From assembly GCA_001820875.1 (NCBI GenBank), contig MHRF01000007.1:1-57317 (forward strand): a stretch of 57,317 bases of DNA, in the 5' to 3' direction. The position numbers were made by a program, and so were the translations under genes. Source of the DNA: Candidatus Taylorbacteria bacterium RIFCSPHIGHO2_01_FULL_46_22b (GTDB lineage Bacteria; Patescibacteriota; Minisyncoccia; Phycocordibacterales; DSPV01). The notes under the pieces were generated by a model. That model was given only the letters and a program-made list of their open reading frames with translations. It searched no databases and had not been told where the DNA came from. Shown here one piece after another: positions 10,325-19,995 of this stretch (positions are counted from its first letter, which is position 1; each line of letters opens with the position of its first letter).

Positions 10325-10687
10325 TTAACTAATCTCTGCCTTTATTTTCTCTGCGTTTTCGATCAAATTATTTTTGTCTCCTTTTACTTGGTCAGTTGGG
10401 AACACCCAGATATGCGCGTGGGGAACTTCGTCTCCAACGATTTTTGAAAGTATGAAATCGGTTTTGAATGCTTTTTTCTGCGCAAGTGCAATTTTTTTCA
10501 CTACTTCAAAGTAGTTGCCTGCGTTAGGAACATCCCAGACCCAGCGATAGTGTTTTTTGGGTATGACCTGCGTGTGGCCGGAGGATTGGGGGTGGATATC
10601 AAGGAATGCCAAGAAATTCTCATCTTCATAAACCTTGTGGTTCGGTATTTCTCCGGAAACTATTTTACAAAAGATACAATTTTCCAT
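10325..10687 (-). CDS. HIT family nucleotide hydrolase
   Basis: CIFCKIV, FLDIHP, GHTQVIPKKH, VPHAHIW. Confidence 0.92.
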   Translation of the reverse strand: MENCIFCKIVSGEIPNHKVYEDENFLAFLDIHPQSSGHTQVIPKKHYRWVWDVPNAGNYFEVVKKIALAQKKAFKTDFILSKIVGDEVPHAHIWVFPTDQVKGDKNNLIENAEKIKAEIS

Positions 10688-10748
10688 AGATAAAAGTGTA
10701 TCATATCCCTTTTTCTAGCCCTATTCACCAGCGTGTTACAATGCACTT

Positions 10749-12473
10749 GTGTCATATAAAATTCGTGAAAAAATTTCTCAAGCTGAAGAAGAAAAACTTG
10801 CTGAATACCCTGAATTAGTCAGACACCTTTTGTTTCATCGGGGGGTCATCAGCAGAGAACTTGCAGATAAATTTTTGCATCCCGATTATTCCCGCGACAC
10901 ACACGACCCTTTTTTGATGAAAGGTATGGAGCGAGCAGTTTTGCGGATACTTTCTGCAATTGCCGACAATGAACGTATCGCGATTTTTAGTGATTATGAT
11001 GCTGATGGAATCCCTGGTGCAGTGATTCTCCACGATTTCTTTAAGAAAATTGGTTTTACTAATTTTGAAAATTATATTCCTCATCGACATGACGAAGGTT
11101 TTGGTCTCAACAGCACTGCACTAGATGAATTGTCACAACGGAAAGCCAACGTCCTTATCACGATTGATTGTGGTGTTGCTGACAGAAAAGAAATAGCACA
11201 CGCACAGAAACTTGGGATTGATGTCATTATCACCGATCATCATCTTCCGCCTGCGGAGGGTGTGCCGCCTGCCTACGCGATACTTGATCCCAAACAATTA
11301 GATTGTCCCTATCCTGACAAAAATCTCTGTGGTTCCGGAGTGGCATTTAAATTAATACAGGCTCTGTTGTTGCGGGCTTCTACCCTTAACCCTGTACCCT
11401 TTACCCTCCCCGCCGTTGGATGGGAAAAATGGCTTCTTGATATGGTAGGCCTTGCGACACTTTCTGATATGGTGCCGTTGGTCGGAGAAAATCGTGCGTT
11501 TGCCCGCTATGGACTTTTGGTATTGCGAAAATCCCCCCGCCCCGGATTGCAAAGACTGTTGCGAAAAATAGGGGTCAATCAGAGAACGCTTACCGAAGAT
11601 GATATTGTCTTTTCTATCACGCCCAAATTAAATGCTGCATCACGTATGGGTTCGGCGCAGTCAGCTTTTAATCTATTGTCGACTGATTCTGAAACGGAAG
11701 CTGCTACGGCTGTCGAAGAATTGTTGCGGCTCAATAATGAGCGCAAAGGAGTGGTGGGGAGTATGTTGCGGGAGATGAAGAAGATAGTTGCAGATAGATA
11801 TCAAGAGGAACCTCGTCTTATTGTGCTCGGAAATCCCTTATGGCGCCCGTCGCTTCTCGGACTAGCGGCGAACACTTTAGTCAAAGAACATGCATGCCCT
11901 GTTTTTCTTTGGGGGAGAGATGGGGAAGACCGTATTAAAGGGTCATGCCGGTCAGATGGATCGGCAGATATGTTCGAATTAATGAAAACTGCTGGAGATG
12001 TGTTTATAGAATATGGTGGACATGCGGCGTCAGGCGGTTTTTCAGTGACGCCGGAAAAAATACACTTTCTCGAGGAGGTTCTTCTTGGGGCATACACACA
12101 ACTTAACAGTGTTCCCGTGGCAACACGTTCGAATAATTTAATTATCGACCGAGAAATTTCGGTGGATGAAGTGACCCTTCCGGTATACCGGTTGCTTGAA
12201 CAGCTTTCTCCGTTTGGTATGGGGAACGCCAAACCAGTTTTTTTGTTGCGGAACGTTCCGGTGCAGTCAGCTCGTTTGTTTGGCAAAGAGAAAAATCATC
12301 TAGAAGTTTCATTCGCGCGAGCAAACGGCGGAGTTCTTAAAGCAATTAAATTTTTTGCAGAGGAAGGGGAATCTCCGAAAGCGGGGGACAAAAAAGATGC
12401 AGTGGTTTCCGTTGAGCTTTCGTCATTTGCTGGGAGAAGCGAGTTGCGGCTCCGTCTCATTGACCTTGTCTGA
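10749..12473 (+). CDS. recJ: ssDNA exonuclease RecJ
   Basis: DYDADG, ITIDCG, ITDHH, PKLNAASR, GGHAASGG, PFGMGNAKP. Confidence 0.95.
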   Translation: MSYKIREKISQAEEEKLAEYPELVRHLLFHRGVISRELADKFLHPDYSRDTHDPFLMKGMERAVLRILSAIADNERIAIFSDYDADGIPGAVILHDFFKKIGFTNFENYIPHRHDEGFGLNSTALDELSQRKANVLITIDCGVADRKEIAHAQKLGIDVIITDHHLPPAEGVPPAYAILDPKQLDCPYPDKNLCGSGVAFKLIQALLLRASTLNPVPFTLPAVGWEKWLLDMVGLATLSDMVPLVGENRAFARYGLLVLRKSPRPGLQRLLRKIGVNQRTLTEDDIVFSITPKLNAASRMGSAQSAFNLLSTDSETEAATAVEELLRLNNERKGVVGSMLREMKKIVADRYQEEPRLIVLGNPLWRPSLLGLAANTLVKEHACPVFLWGRDGEDRIKGSCRSDGSADMFELMKTAGDVFIEYGGHAASGGFSVTPEKIHFLEEVLLGAYTQLNSVPVATRSNNLIIDREISVDEVTLPVYRLLEQLSPFGMGNAKPVFLLRNVPVQSARLFGKEKNHLEVSFARANGGVLKAIKFFAEEGESPKAGDKKDAVVSVELSSFAGRSELRLRLIDLV

Positions 12474-12531
12474 TTCCTCTGGTAGTGTTTTTTTAAACCT
12501 CTCAACCCTAACCTTTACCTACGGAGGATTT

Positions 12532-12954
12532 ATGTTCCTTGTTGGCATGCGACTTTCACGGATTGGCACAACGGTCATCTTTCTATCGGGCGTACTCATG
12601 GTTCTGTTGCTGTGTGCGCCGTACGGTTCAGTAGCCACTCTTCCACACAACCTTGCACTGGGTTCCATGGTAATCGGGTGTGTTCTTTTCCTCACCGGCC
12701 AAGGGAGTATCTATTTTAGCCGGGATGGGTTTCAGTTGGAATCCATTGCGGTTGCCTGCATCGAATGTGGCAAATATATCGGTTTAGCCACACTCATACT
12801 TGGACTATGTCTGGTCGTTGTGTATCTCACCGAAGGAGTTTGGTGGTGGCCTCCCATTTTTGCTTTTTGGGCAATGGTAGGCGGTTTGGGTCTTGCACTC
12901 GTTGCAATAACTGTCGGTTTTGTTTTGCTTGTCTTCGTGCACCCCAACGCCTGA
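12532..12954 (+). CDS. Hypothetical 4-TM membrane protein, cassette copy 1 (140 aa)
   Basis: GGAGG RBS, TTGACC-N17-TAGTGT promoter, downstream terminator; paralog at 13118. Confidence 0.75.
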   Translation: MFLVGMRLSRIGTTVIFLSGVLMVLLLCAPYGSVATLPHNLALGSMVIGCVLFLTGQGSIYFSRDGFQLESIAVACIECGKYIGLATLILGLCLVVVYLTEGVWWWPPIFAFWAMVGGLGLALVAITVGFVLLVFVHPNA

Positions 12955-12968
12955 CAAGTATTTCTTCA

Positions 12969-13006
12969 CTCCCCGCTGGCTCGCGCCCGCGGGGAGGTCT
13001 TTTTTT
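12969..13006 (+). terminator. Intrinsic terminator CTCCCCGC/GCGGGGAG
   Basis: 8-bp GC stem plus T-tract; same stem recurs at 13554-13581. Confidence 0.75.
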
Positions 13007-13117
13007 ACACAAATTTTCCCCGATTCTGACTGTAGACTAATCCTGTTGTTCTCATATAAGTTTTTTGTTAGTGTGGTATCGAACCTCTCAACCTCAACCT
13101 TTACCTATGGAGGACTT

Positions 13118-13540
13118 ATGTTCGTTGTCTCGTTTCGTCTGATGCGAATCGGTGTCTGGCTGTTTGGGATTTCGTGCGTACTGCTTGCAGGGCTGTACAT
13201 TGAAAATGTCCCTACGGTGCCCTACATTCACAGCGCGTTGAGTTATGCCGCGGCCGGTGGTTTCGGCCTGATCTTGGCAGGGGTAATCGGCTGGGTATTC
13301 CTTGAACGCGATTGGACACTCGATTTGTGCGGACGATTCCTTGTGCGGTGGGCAGGAGCCGTCTTTGTTTGCTCGTTTTTTCTTGTTCTGAGTAACGTCA
13401 TTGTGCTCCTATGCCGAGGTGTTTTATGGTTTCCTCGCGAGGCGTTCACATGGACGATTGGTTTCCTCGTTGTCAGTTCAGCGTTGGTAATGATGGGGAT
13501 TCTTTTCGTCTTGATTCCCAAGATCCGAACGCTCAACTGA
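13118..13540 (+). CDS. Hypothetical 4-TM membrane protein, cassette copy 2 (140 aa)
   Basis: GGAGG RBS, TTGTTC-N17-TAGTGT promoter, same leader and terminator stem as copy 1. Confidence 0.75.
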   Translation: MFVVSFRLMRIGVWLFGISCVLLAGLYIENVPTVPYIHSALSYAAAGGFGLILAGVIGWVFLERDWTLDLCGRFLVRWAGAVFVCSFFLVLSNVIVLLCRGVLWFPREAFTWTIGFLVVSSALVMMGILFVLIPKIRTLN

Positions 13541-13627
13541 TGTCTCCTTTTTGCTCCCCGCAGGGCTTTGCCCGCGGGGAGTTTCGTTTCGAGATGCTAT
13601 AATTCCTGTGTCTTCAATTCTATATTC

Positions 13628-14305
13628 ATGATTCCAAATCCCATTCTCATATTTACCGATGGTGCGTCAAAAGGAAATCCCGGATCTGGTGGATGGGGCG
13701 CAATTGTCGCGTCTGATGATTCTGTACAAGAATTCGGAGGGCGGGAGGACCATACCACTAACAATCGTATGGAGTTATCCGCAGCGATAAACGCTCTTTC
13801 CAAAATTCCAAATTCCAAATTCCAAATTCTTTTATACTCCGACTCCTCTTACGTAGTTAACGGCATTACCAAATGGGTACATGGGTGGAAGAAAAACGGT
13901 TGGCAGACCGCCACAAAAAAGCCAGTGGAGAATCAGGATCTGTGGGAACAATTGTCGGGACTGGCCGAAGGCCGTTCTATTGAATGGAAACGTATCGCAG
14001 GTCATGCGGATACTCCGGCAAATACTCGCGCGGATGAAATCGCGTCGGCGTTTGCAGATGGTGAATCTCCACAATTGTTTTCTGGTTCGCAATCAGAATA
14101 TAAAATTGACCTCTCTATTATCGGGGTGCAGAGTGGCGGACGGCGACAGTCTCCTTATGCATATGTATCGCTTGTGGACGGAAAAATTGAAACGCATCAG
14201 ACATGGGGTGAATGCGAGCGGAGGGTAAAAGGGAAAACCGCGCGATATAAAAAAGTTTTTTCAAAAGAAGAGGAAGATAGAGTGATTGCCGATTTTAAAA
14301 AGTAA
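13628..14305 (+). CDS. rnhA: Ribonuclease HI with C-terminal hybrid-binding (viroplasmin-like) domain
   Basis: IFTDGASKGNPG, TTNNRMEL, SDSSYV, NQDLW, GHA, NTRAD; C-terminal TWGECERRVKG...YKK. Confidence 0.93.
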   Translation: MIPNPILIFTDGASKGNPGSGGWGAIVASDDSVQEFGGREDHTTNNRMELSAAINALSKIPNSKFQILLYSDSSYVVNGITKWVHGWKKNGWQTATKKPVENQDLWEQLSGLAEGRSIEWKRIAGHADTPANTRADEIASAFADGESPQLFSGSQSEYKIDLSIIGVQSGGRRQSPYAYVSLVDGKIETHQTWGECERRVKGKTARYKKVFSKEEEDRVIADFKK

Positions 14306-14316
14306 TCGCAAGCGGT

Positions 14317-15858
14317 ATGAGACGGAACGTGTTTGAGATGATTGTCAGCGCGTTTCTCATCGGGGTCTTTCTACGTTCCTTTTTTGAGCTCTCATTTTAT
14401 ACGATTCTTTTTCTTTTTTTTCTCGCCTGTGTTTTTCTTGCGTACGGATTTTTCAGTAAGCAGGGCAGAGAGCGGAGATTATTTTTTCTGATCCCTCTTT
14501 TCTTTCTCTGCGCGCTCTTGGGAGCTATACGCTATGAACTTTCTGAACCTCATTCAAGCGTGCTTGGACAATTTATAGGCGAGACAGTTATTTTAGAAGG
14601 TACAATTTCAGGTGAACCCGACAGACGAGATACAAATACAGTGCTTGCGGTGCGAGTCGATGTGGTGCAGGTCAACCAGCAATTATTGAAAACAAGAGAA
14701 TTGATACGCATTAGTGCGCCAATCTACCCCGAGTTTCTCTATGGTGATCGGATACGTGTACGAGGAGTTGTTGAAAAGCCGGAGAATTTTGAGACTGATT
14801 CGGGGCGTATATTTGACTATCAATCATATCTGGCAAAGGAAGGCGTCTATTATCAGATTTCTCGTCCGGTTATCACATTTATTGAGCATGGGCAGGGGAA
14901 TCCTATTGCATCGTATCTCTTTCAATTTAAACATGCATTGCTTGCATCCAGCGCTCGTGTGATTCCTGACCCTGAACACGGTCTTTTAGCGGGATTGTTG
15001 TTTGGGGAGAAACATTCGATTGGCGATGATTTTTCTGAATTGTTTCGGAAATCAGGCCTAGTTCACATTGTGGTACTTTCAGGATTCAACCTTACTATCG
15101 TGGCGTACGCACTGATGTACTTGTTTTCGTTTCTGCCACGGACACTATCAGTCGGTGCCGGTGGGCTTGGAATACTTGCATTTACCATTATGACTGGTGC
15201 GTCCGCCACTGCCGTACGAGCCGCCCTTATGGCAGGAATTGCGCTCTTGGCAAAAGTAACTGCGCGCGCTTATCGTATCAAACGGGCGCTTTTTCTCGCG
15301 GCGCTTAGTATGATTCTCTACAATCCTAAGCTTTTGGTGTTTGATCCCTCGTTCCAATTAAGTTTTCTTGCCACTATCGGCTTGGTGTATTTCTCGCCAT
15401 TTGTTGAGAAGAAAATCTGTTTTGTGCCAGAACGGTTTGGGTTGCGGGAAATTGTTGCTGCCACACTTTCAACGCAACTATTTGTATTACCTCTCCTGAT
15501 TAATTTGTCGGGCACCGTATCTCTCATTGGGATATTTGCAAACATAGCTGTGTTGCCAATGATTCCGATTACTATGTTTTTCGGTGCACTGGCTAGTTTT
15601 GCAGGCTTACTACATACCGTACTTGCCACGCCCTTTGGGTACGCAGCATATTTTTTGCTCCATTACGAAATACTTGCAGCGGAATTTTTTGGAAATCTGC
15701 CACTTGCAGCGGTTTCTGTGCCGTCACTGCCCACGTGGGTGATAGTACTTTCCTATCTTGCTCTAGGAGCGTTTATTTATCGTTTATACCGAAAGAAAGA
15801 GGGCAGGTCTACTTTGCCGTTGCCCGCGAGAAATTTTTCTCAATCGCATTCCAATTGA
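14317..15858 (+). CDS. comEC: ComEC competence channel (OB and membrane domains, no MBL domain)
   Basis: GLVHIVVLSGFN, AVRAALM, SFQLSFLAT, STQLFVLP. Confidence 0.93.
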   Translation: MRRNVFEMIVSAFLIGVFLRSFFELSFYTILFLFFLACVFLAYGFFSKQGRERRLFFLIPLFFLCALLGAIRYELSEPHSSVLGQFIGETVILEGTISGEPDRRDTNTVLAVRVDVVQVNQQLLKTRELIRISAPIYPEFLYGDRIRVRGVVEKPENFETDSGRIFDYQSYLAKEGVYYQISRPVITFIEHGQGNPIASYLFQFKHALLASSARVIPDPEHGLLAGLLFGEKHSIGDDFSELFRKSGLVHIVVLSGFNLTIVAYALMYLFSFLPRTLSVGAGGLGILAFTIMTGASATAVRAALMAGIALLAKVTARAYRIKRALFLAALSMILYNPKLLVFDPSFQLSFLATIGLVYFSPFVEKKICFVPERFGLREIVAATLSTQLFVLPLLINLSGTVSLIGIFANIAVLPMIPITMFFGALASFAGLLHTVLATPFGYAAYFLLHYEILAAEFFGNLPLAAVSVPSLPTWVIVLSYLALGAFIYRLYRKKEGRSTLPLPARNFSQSHSN

Positions 15859-16408
15859 GGTTTGCAAAGAAATCTTCGACATACTGTTTTTTTCCGCTTG
15901 GTTGATAGTCGGCAACAAAGGAATGTTCCCACATATCAAGCGCAAGGATTGTCTGACAGCCATTAAGTTGGCCAAGGTGCTGTTCGTCTACCCACACATT
16001 GAGAAGCCGTTTAGTCAGAGGATCATACACAAGTAGTGCCCAGCCGATACCGCGAGTGAGTGCAATTGCTTTGAAACGATTAAGCCATGCGTTAAATGAT
16101 CCCACAGTTTCCTCAAGTGCTTTTCTAAGAGAACTGGTGGGGGCAAGTGGGGTCGAACCACTTTCGAGAGATTCAAAATAGTATTCATGATTGACCATGC
16201 CGTTGAATTCAAAGCTGAACCGGCGTTGCAATTCCCCAAGTTCGTACGCATATTTTTCGGCGTCTGTTGCAAGCTCATCAATATGTTCAAGAATTAAGTT
16301 CGCGTGTTTGACATACCCCGCATAGAGCTTGAGATGTTCTTCAATTGTTTTTTTTGAAATTCCTTTTAGATCAGGAATAGTAAATTTTGCTTCAGTAAAT
16401 TTTTTCAT
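15809..16408 (-). CDS. sod: Fe/Mn superoxide dismutase family protein
   Basis: EHLKLYAGYV, NHEYYF, GIGWA, DMWEHSF. Confidence 0.88.
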   Translation of the reverse strand: MKKFTEAKFTIPDLKGISKKTIEEHLKLYAGYVKHANLILEHIDELATDAEKYAYELGELQRRFSFEFNGMVNHEYYFESLESGSTPLAPTSSLRKALEETVGSFNAWLNRFKAIALTRGIGWALLVYDPLTKRLLNVWVDEQHLGQLNGCQTILALDMWEHSFVADYQPSGKKQYVEDFFANLNWNAIEKNFSRATAK

Positions 16409-16525
16409 GAAAAGGTTTTAAATAGTAAGTGATATACAGTATAGCAAATTGACATTTTCAGACTCGGGCGTACCCTGATAGGGTACTTCACTTCAACCCT
16501 TAAACTCTCGACCCAAAGGAAGACT

Positions 16526-17065
16526 ATGAGTTCTTTGAAAGAGTTAGACCTTGATCAGCCGTATGGCGATCATGAGCTTCGTTCTTTTCCCGTTCGCCGC
16601 GCGTTGACCCTCACAGACATTCTGGCGAAACCCCTGTACTGTTCCCTTTTTGCTCTCATCACACTCGGGTCTGTCACCAGTTTCATCTTTTTTGTGCGAC
16701 AGTACTTCAAGTACGATGTGCATTACACCACTGACCGGTTCTCTCTACTGTTCTGGTCTTTGGAACTCCCATTCGCAATCTCTCGTCTGTGGGATTGGTT
16801 GCTTGGACCAATCTCTATCGCACTCATTGTCTTCGTACGGACTAGGCAATTCTTTGCCGAAGAAGCCAATGAAGATTTATTCGGGTCCCTGCTTTTGACA
16901 CTACTCAACAGTAGTATCTTCTGCGGTTTTCTCGGCGGAATGATTTGGGGAGTGCCGAGTTTCTTCTCGACCCTTGCCACTACGTTCCTTGGTGCGGTTA
17001 TTGTTTGCATCGGGGGTCTGCTTGTTCTTTTCCTGCCTTCACTGCGCAGGAGACCACCAGCCTGA
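16526..17065 (+). CDS. Hypothetical membrane protein
   Basis: Several hydrophobic segments; TTGACA upstream, AAGGAAG RBS, terminator after the stop. Confidence 0.7.
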   Translation: MSSLKELDLDQPYGDHELRSFPVRRALTLTDILAKPLYCSLFALITLGSVTSFIFFVRQYFKYDVHYTTDRFSLLFWSLELPFAISRLWDWLLGPISIALIVFVRTRQFFAEEANEDLFGSLLLTLLNSSIFCGFLGGMIWGVPSFFSTLATTFLGAVIVCIGGLLVLFLPSLRRRPPA

Positions 17066-17137
17066 TGTCACTTTGTTTGCTACTGCCTCCGGTACCATGC
17101 GTATCGGAGGTGTTCTTTTTTGGAGTATACTTTTTAC

Positions 17138-18007
17138 ATGCACAAATTCAGAACACGGCTACCTCTGATACTACTCGCTCTCCTTGTAGTTATCACTATG
17201 TTTATCTGGTACGTACTTTTTAATGAAGATCGGCAGGGGATGTTGCAGGTGGCGTTTCTCAATGTCGGACAAGGCGACTCGACTTTTATTGATTCACCCG
17301 CAGGTCATCAGATGCTCATTGACGCCGGCCGAGATAACACTGTGTTACAGCGTTTAAGTAATGTTATGCCATTTTATGATCGAACGATCGATGTGGTATT
17401 GGCGACACACCCCGACCAAGATCACATTGCAGGGCTGGTGAGTGTGTTATCCCGCTATAAAGTTGCATATGTGATTATGACTGAAGCGACTGCATCTACA
17501 GCGACATTTCAGGCGCTGGTGCGTGCAGTTGAAAAGAGTGGTGCAACTCTTATTCATCCTCGGCGCGGCATGGTTATTGATCTTGGTGGCGGAGTGGGTT
17601 TCAGAATACTTTTTCCTGATCGGAGTATGGCAGGAATTACCGATACTAATCTCACTTCAATTGTCGGGAAAGTTGAATATGGAAGTGATTCTTTTCTATT
17701 GACTGGAGATTCGCCGATTGCAATTGAGCAATATGAATTGTTTCTTGATCCAGATGTACTTTCAAGCGATGTATTAAAGGCGGGACATCATGGATCTCGC
17801 ACTTCCTCCGCGCCCGAATTTGTTGCTGCTGTACAACCGGCGTTCGCAGTGATATCTGCCGGCAAGGATAATTCGTACGGCCATCCGCACAAAGAAGTTA
17901 CCGACATCTTTAATAAATTTGGCGCAAAAATTTTGCGGACTGATACCGAGGGGACGATTGTATTTAAAACAGACGGCACGAATCTCTCATTTATATTAAA
18001 AAAATGA
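17138..18007 (+). CDS. Stand-alone ComEC/Rec2-type metallo-beta-lactamase-fold nuclease
   Basis: FLNVGQGDS, LIDAG, THPDQDHIAG, LLTGD, KAGHHGSRTSS, NSYGHPH, RTD; N-terminal TM anchor. Confidence 0.92.
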   Translation: MHKFRTRLPLILLALLVVITMFIWYVLFNEDRQGMLQVAFLNVGQGDSTFIDSPAGHQMLIDAGRDNTVLQRLSNVMPFYDRTIDVVLATHPDQDHIAGLVSVLSRYKVAYVIMTEATASTATFQALVRAVEKSGATLIHPRRGMVIDLGGGVGFRILFPDRSMAGITDTNLTSIVGKVEYGSDSFLLTGDSPIAIEQYELFLDPDVLSSDVLKAGHHGSRTSSAPEFVAAVQPAFAVISAGKDNSYGHPHKEVTDIFNKFGAKILRTDTEGTIVFKTDGTNLSFILKK

Positions 18008-18105
18008 CAAATCAAAGTTTGACATACTTAGGCAAGTGTGATAATTAATGTGAAGAATACATGCGGAAAGTCGCGTCAAACCAACCCCGAACCAGAAAGA
18101 TCCAC

Positions 18106-18681
18106 ATGAAGAGAAAGATTGAACCAACGGTGATTTGTGCCCAACCTTTACGCCGAAGCCTCCTAGTGCCTCCCTTGGCAGGCATGAAACTGAGCAGATT
18201 CAGGGGGGAGTTCAAAGACAACGTGCTTCACAGTGCCGAGTTGGATGTCTATTGTGAGGTTCCCGATCGACTGCCGAAGACACGAGCAACCCGAGTCCAA
18301 TTTTGGAAGCTCACCAATCTTTGGAGTGCCGATAAGGTGGCTGAAATGAAGGAGAAAAAGGAGAGGGTTTTGGGTGTACAGCCTACGTCCAAAGCTCTCG
18401 AGCAAAGGGTGCTCAACAGCCGCAGATATTTCACCAGTCTGGGGCAGATCAGGTCAGTAATGAGATCTTGTGAGCAGTATCGATGCAGGTTGATACGAAG
18501 CACTAAGAATCCTTCGCATTCATACGGGACCACACCTCATTTTTGTTTTTTGCGGACGGGAAGGAGGATCCGGATTGTGTGGATGCCTCCCATGAGTGGC
18601 ACGTGGAGTATGATTGTTGAGTCCCTTCGAGGGCAAAAGACTCGTTGGGGACCGACAGCTATTGCGTTTGCCCCTGTGTGA
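18106..18681 (+). CDS. Hypothetical basic protein
   Basis: ORF between TTGACA promoter (~18020) and hairpin plus T-tract (~18700-18738); alternative start 18061. Confidence 0.6.
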   Translation: MKRKIEPTVICAQPLRRSLLVPPLAGMKLSRFRGEFKDNVLHSAELDVYCEVPDRLPKTRATRVQFWKLTNLWSADKVAEMKEKKERVLGVQPTSKALEQRVLNSRRYFTSLGQIRSVMRSCEQYRCRLIRSTKNPSHSYGTTPHFCFLRTGRRIRIVWMPPMSGTWSMIVESLRGQKTRWGPTAIAFAPV

Positions 18682-18801
18682 AAAGAACCAATCAGATCGT
18701 AGGCCTATTTCCTCTCGGAAATGGGCCTGTCTCTTTTTTCCTGAGAATAAAAAAAGAAGTAGCCAGAGGCGAGTGCTCTGGCTACCTGAAATTGTTTTCC
18801 A

Positions 18802-19224
18802 TTAGGGGTTCCGTACAATCGCGGCGTCTGCGATGCGTTGTAAATCTTGCCACGACTGTTTTCTTACGTCGCTTGGAAATTCTCGGAGGTGATCGCTCAC
18901 CACTCGTTCAAATTTGCATGCGATGTGGTGGTACTCGCTGTAGTTTCCATCGGTCAGTGTGTTGTTTGCAAGCCAGACTTGCAGGTCCTCATACATCTGG
19001 ACGCACAAACGACGTGATTTCCGTCGGGCGATGGGGGGAATGATGAAGAAATAAACAATTCCCAAACTCAAGATGGCATACCATCCGGTGCGAATGAATT
19101 CGCCGGTTGTTTTGGATAGCATTCGTGCGGCTTCTAAGGAGAATCCGTACGTGCAGACTGCAAAGAACGTTGCGAGCGCCATCATCAGAAGCGCAGTGAG
19201 TGGAGGGATAAGGTGCGTTTTCAT
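18802..19224 (-). CDS. Hypothetical 2-TM protein
   Basis: TTGCAA-N17-TATTCT upstream; terminator GTAGCCAGAG/CTCTGGCTAC downstream. Confidence 0.65.
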   Translation of the reverse strand: MKTHLIPPLTALLMMALATFFAVCTYGFSLEAARMLSKTTGEFIRTGWYAILSLGIVYFFIIPPIARRKSRRLCVQMYEDLQVWLANNTLTDGNYSEYHHIACKFERVVSDHLREFPSDVRKQSWQDLQRIADAAIVRNP

Positions 19225-19263
19225 ATCTGGAGACAGAATACTCCCTGTTTTTCGTTTTGCAAC

Positions 19264-19995
19264 CTACAGAAGATTTTTGAATTTAGATTTTCTTGAGGAG
19301 ACAAAGAAAGGCCTATAGAGGTCATCCTCAAGAGGAATTACGAGTTCCATTTTGTTTATTTCTTTTTGGGAGAAAACCACAGGCGGATTTTTCATAATGG
19401 CCAGTGGTTGTTGCTCGTTTCCTTCACCCATAACCAAAACTGCAGCAGTAGCAAGTGAGTCGGCAAGGTTTGTCTGTGAAAAAATAAATTTTCGACCGAA
19501 AATGTCTGGCTTGCCGCGGTAATCTTTCAAACTTTCAAAACCTGCGTATCCAAGTGCCACACCGATTACTCCTGCTCGAAGTGGAATAGTGCGGCTATCA
19601 GTGATAATCACCCCTAGGTTTTTTATTTTGTATTTTGATTTAAGTTTTTTCCGTAAAAGTTTTGCTGTCATGAAACTGTCTTCGGGGAGTAAGATTAGTT
19701 TTCCGTTTGCATTTGATTCGTCAATTCCCGCTGAAGCCATAATCATATGATCTTTAAGTGTGAGCCATACCCACTTGGTTTTGATGGCCCACTGGCTTTC
19801 CGCGTGAATAAGTATCTCTTTTTCTTTTTCATCTCCGATAGGCGCAGTTCTATATTCAGACAAGGCAACAATTTTTGAAGTAAATACGATAATGGAATTT
19901 TCCTTCAGAGTTTTTATGTGTTGAAGGGTAAACGAAAGTAAGCTTTCTCCCTCTTTAAAGACTCGAGTTTTGATTGGTCGTATGTGCATGTTCAT
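19264..19995 (-). CDS. CofE-family gamma-glutamate ligase (F420-0 ligase / FolC2-like)
   Basis: TSKIVALSE, SAGIDESN, VIITDSRTIPLRAG, DYRGKPDIFGR, MGEGNEQQP. Confidence 0.88.
   Translation of the reverse strand: MNMHIRPIKTRVFKEGESLLSFTLQHIKTLKENSIIVFTSKIVALSEYRTAPIGDEKEKEILIHAESQWAIKTKWVWLTLKDHMIMASAGIDESNANGKLILLPEDSFMTAKLLRKKLKSKYKIKNLGVIITDSRTIPLRAGVIGVALGYAGFESLKDYRGKPDIFGRKFIFSQTNLADSLATAAVLVMGEGNEQQPLAIMKNPPVVFSQKEINKMELVIPLEDDLYRPFFVSSRKSKFKNLL

Noticed and set aside
19264-19995. F420 biosynthesis
   Set aside because: No cofC, cofD or fbiC in the window; the family also acts on other substrates
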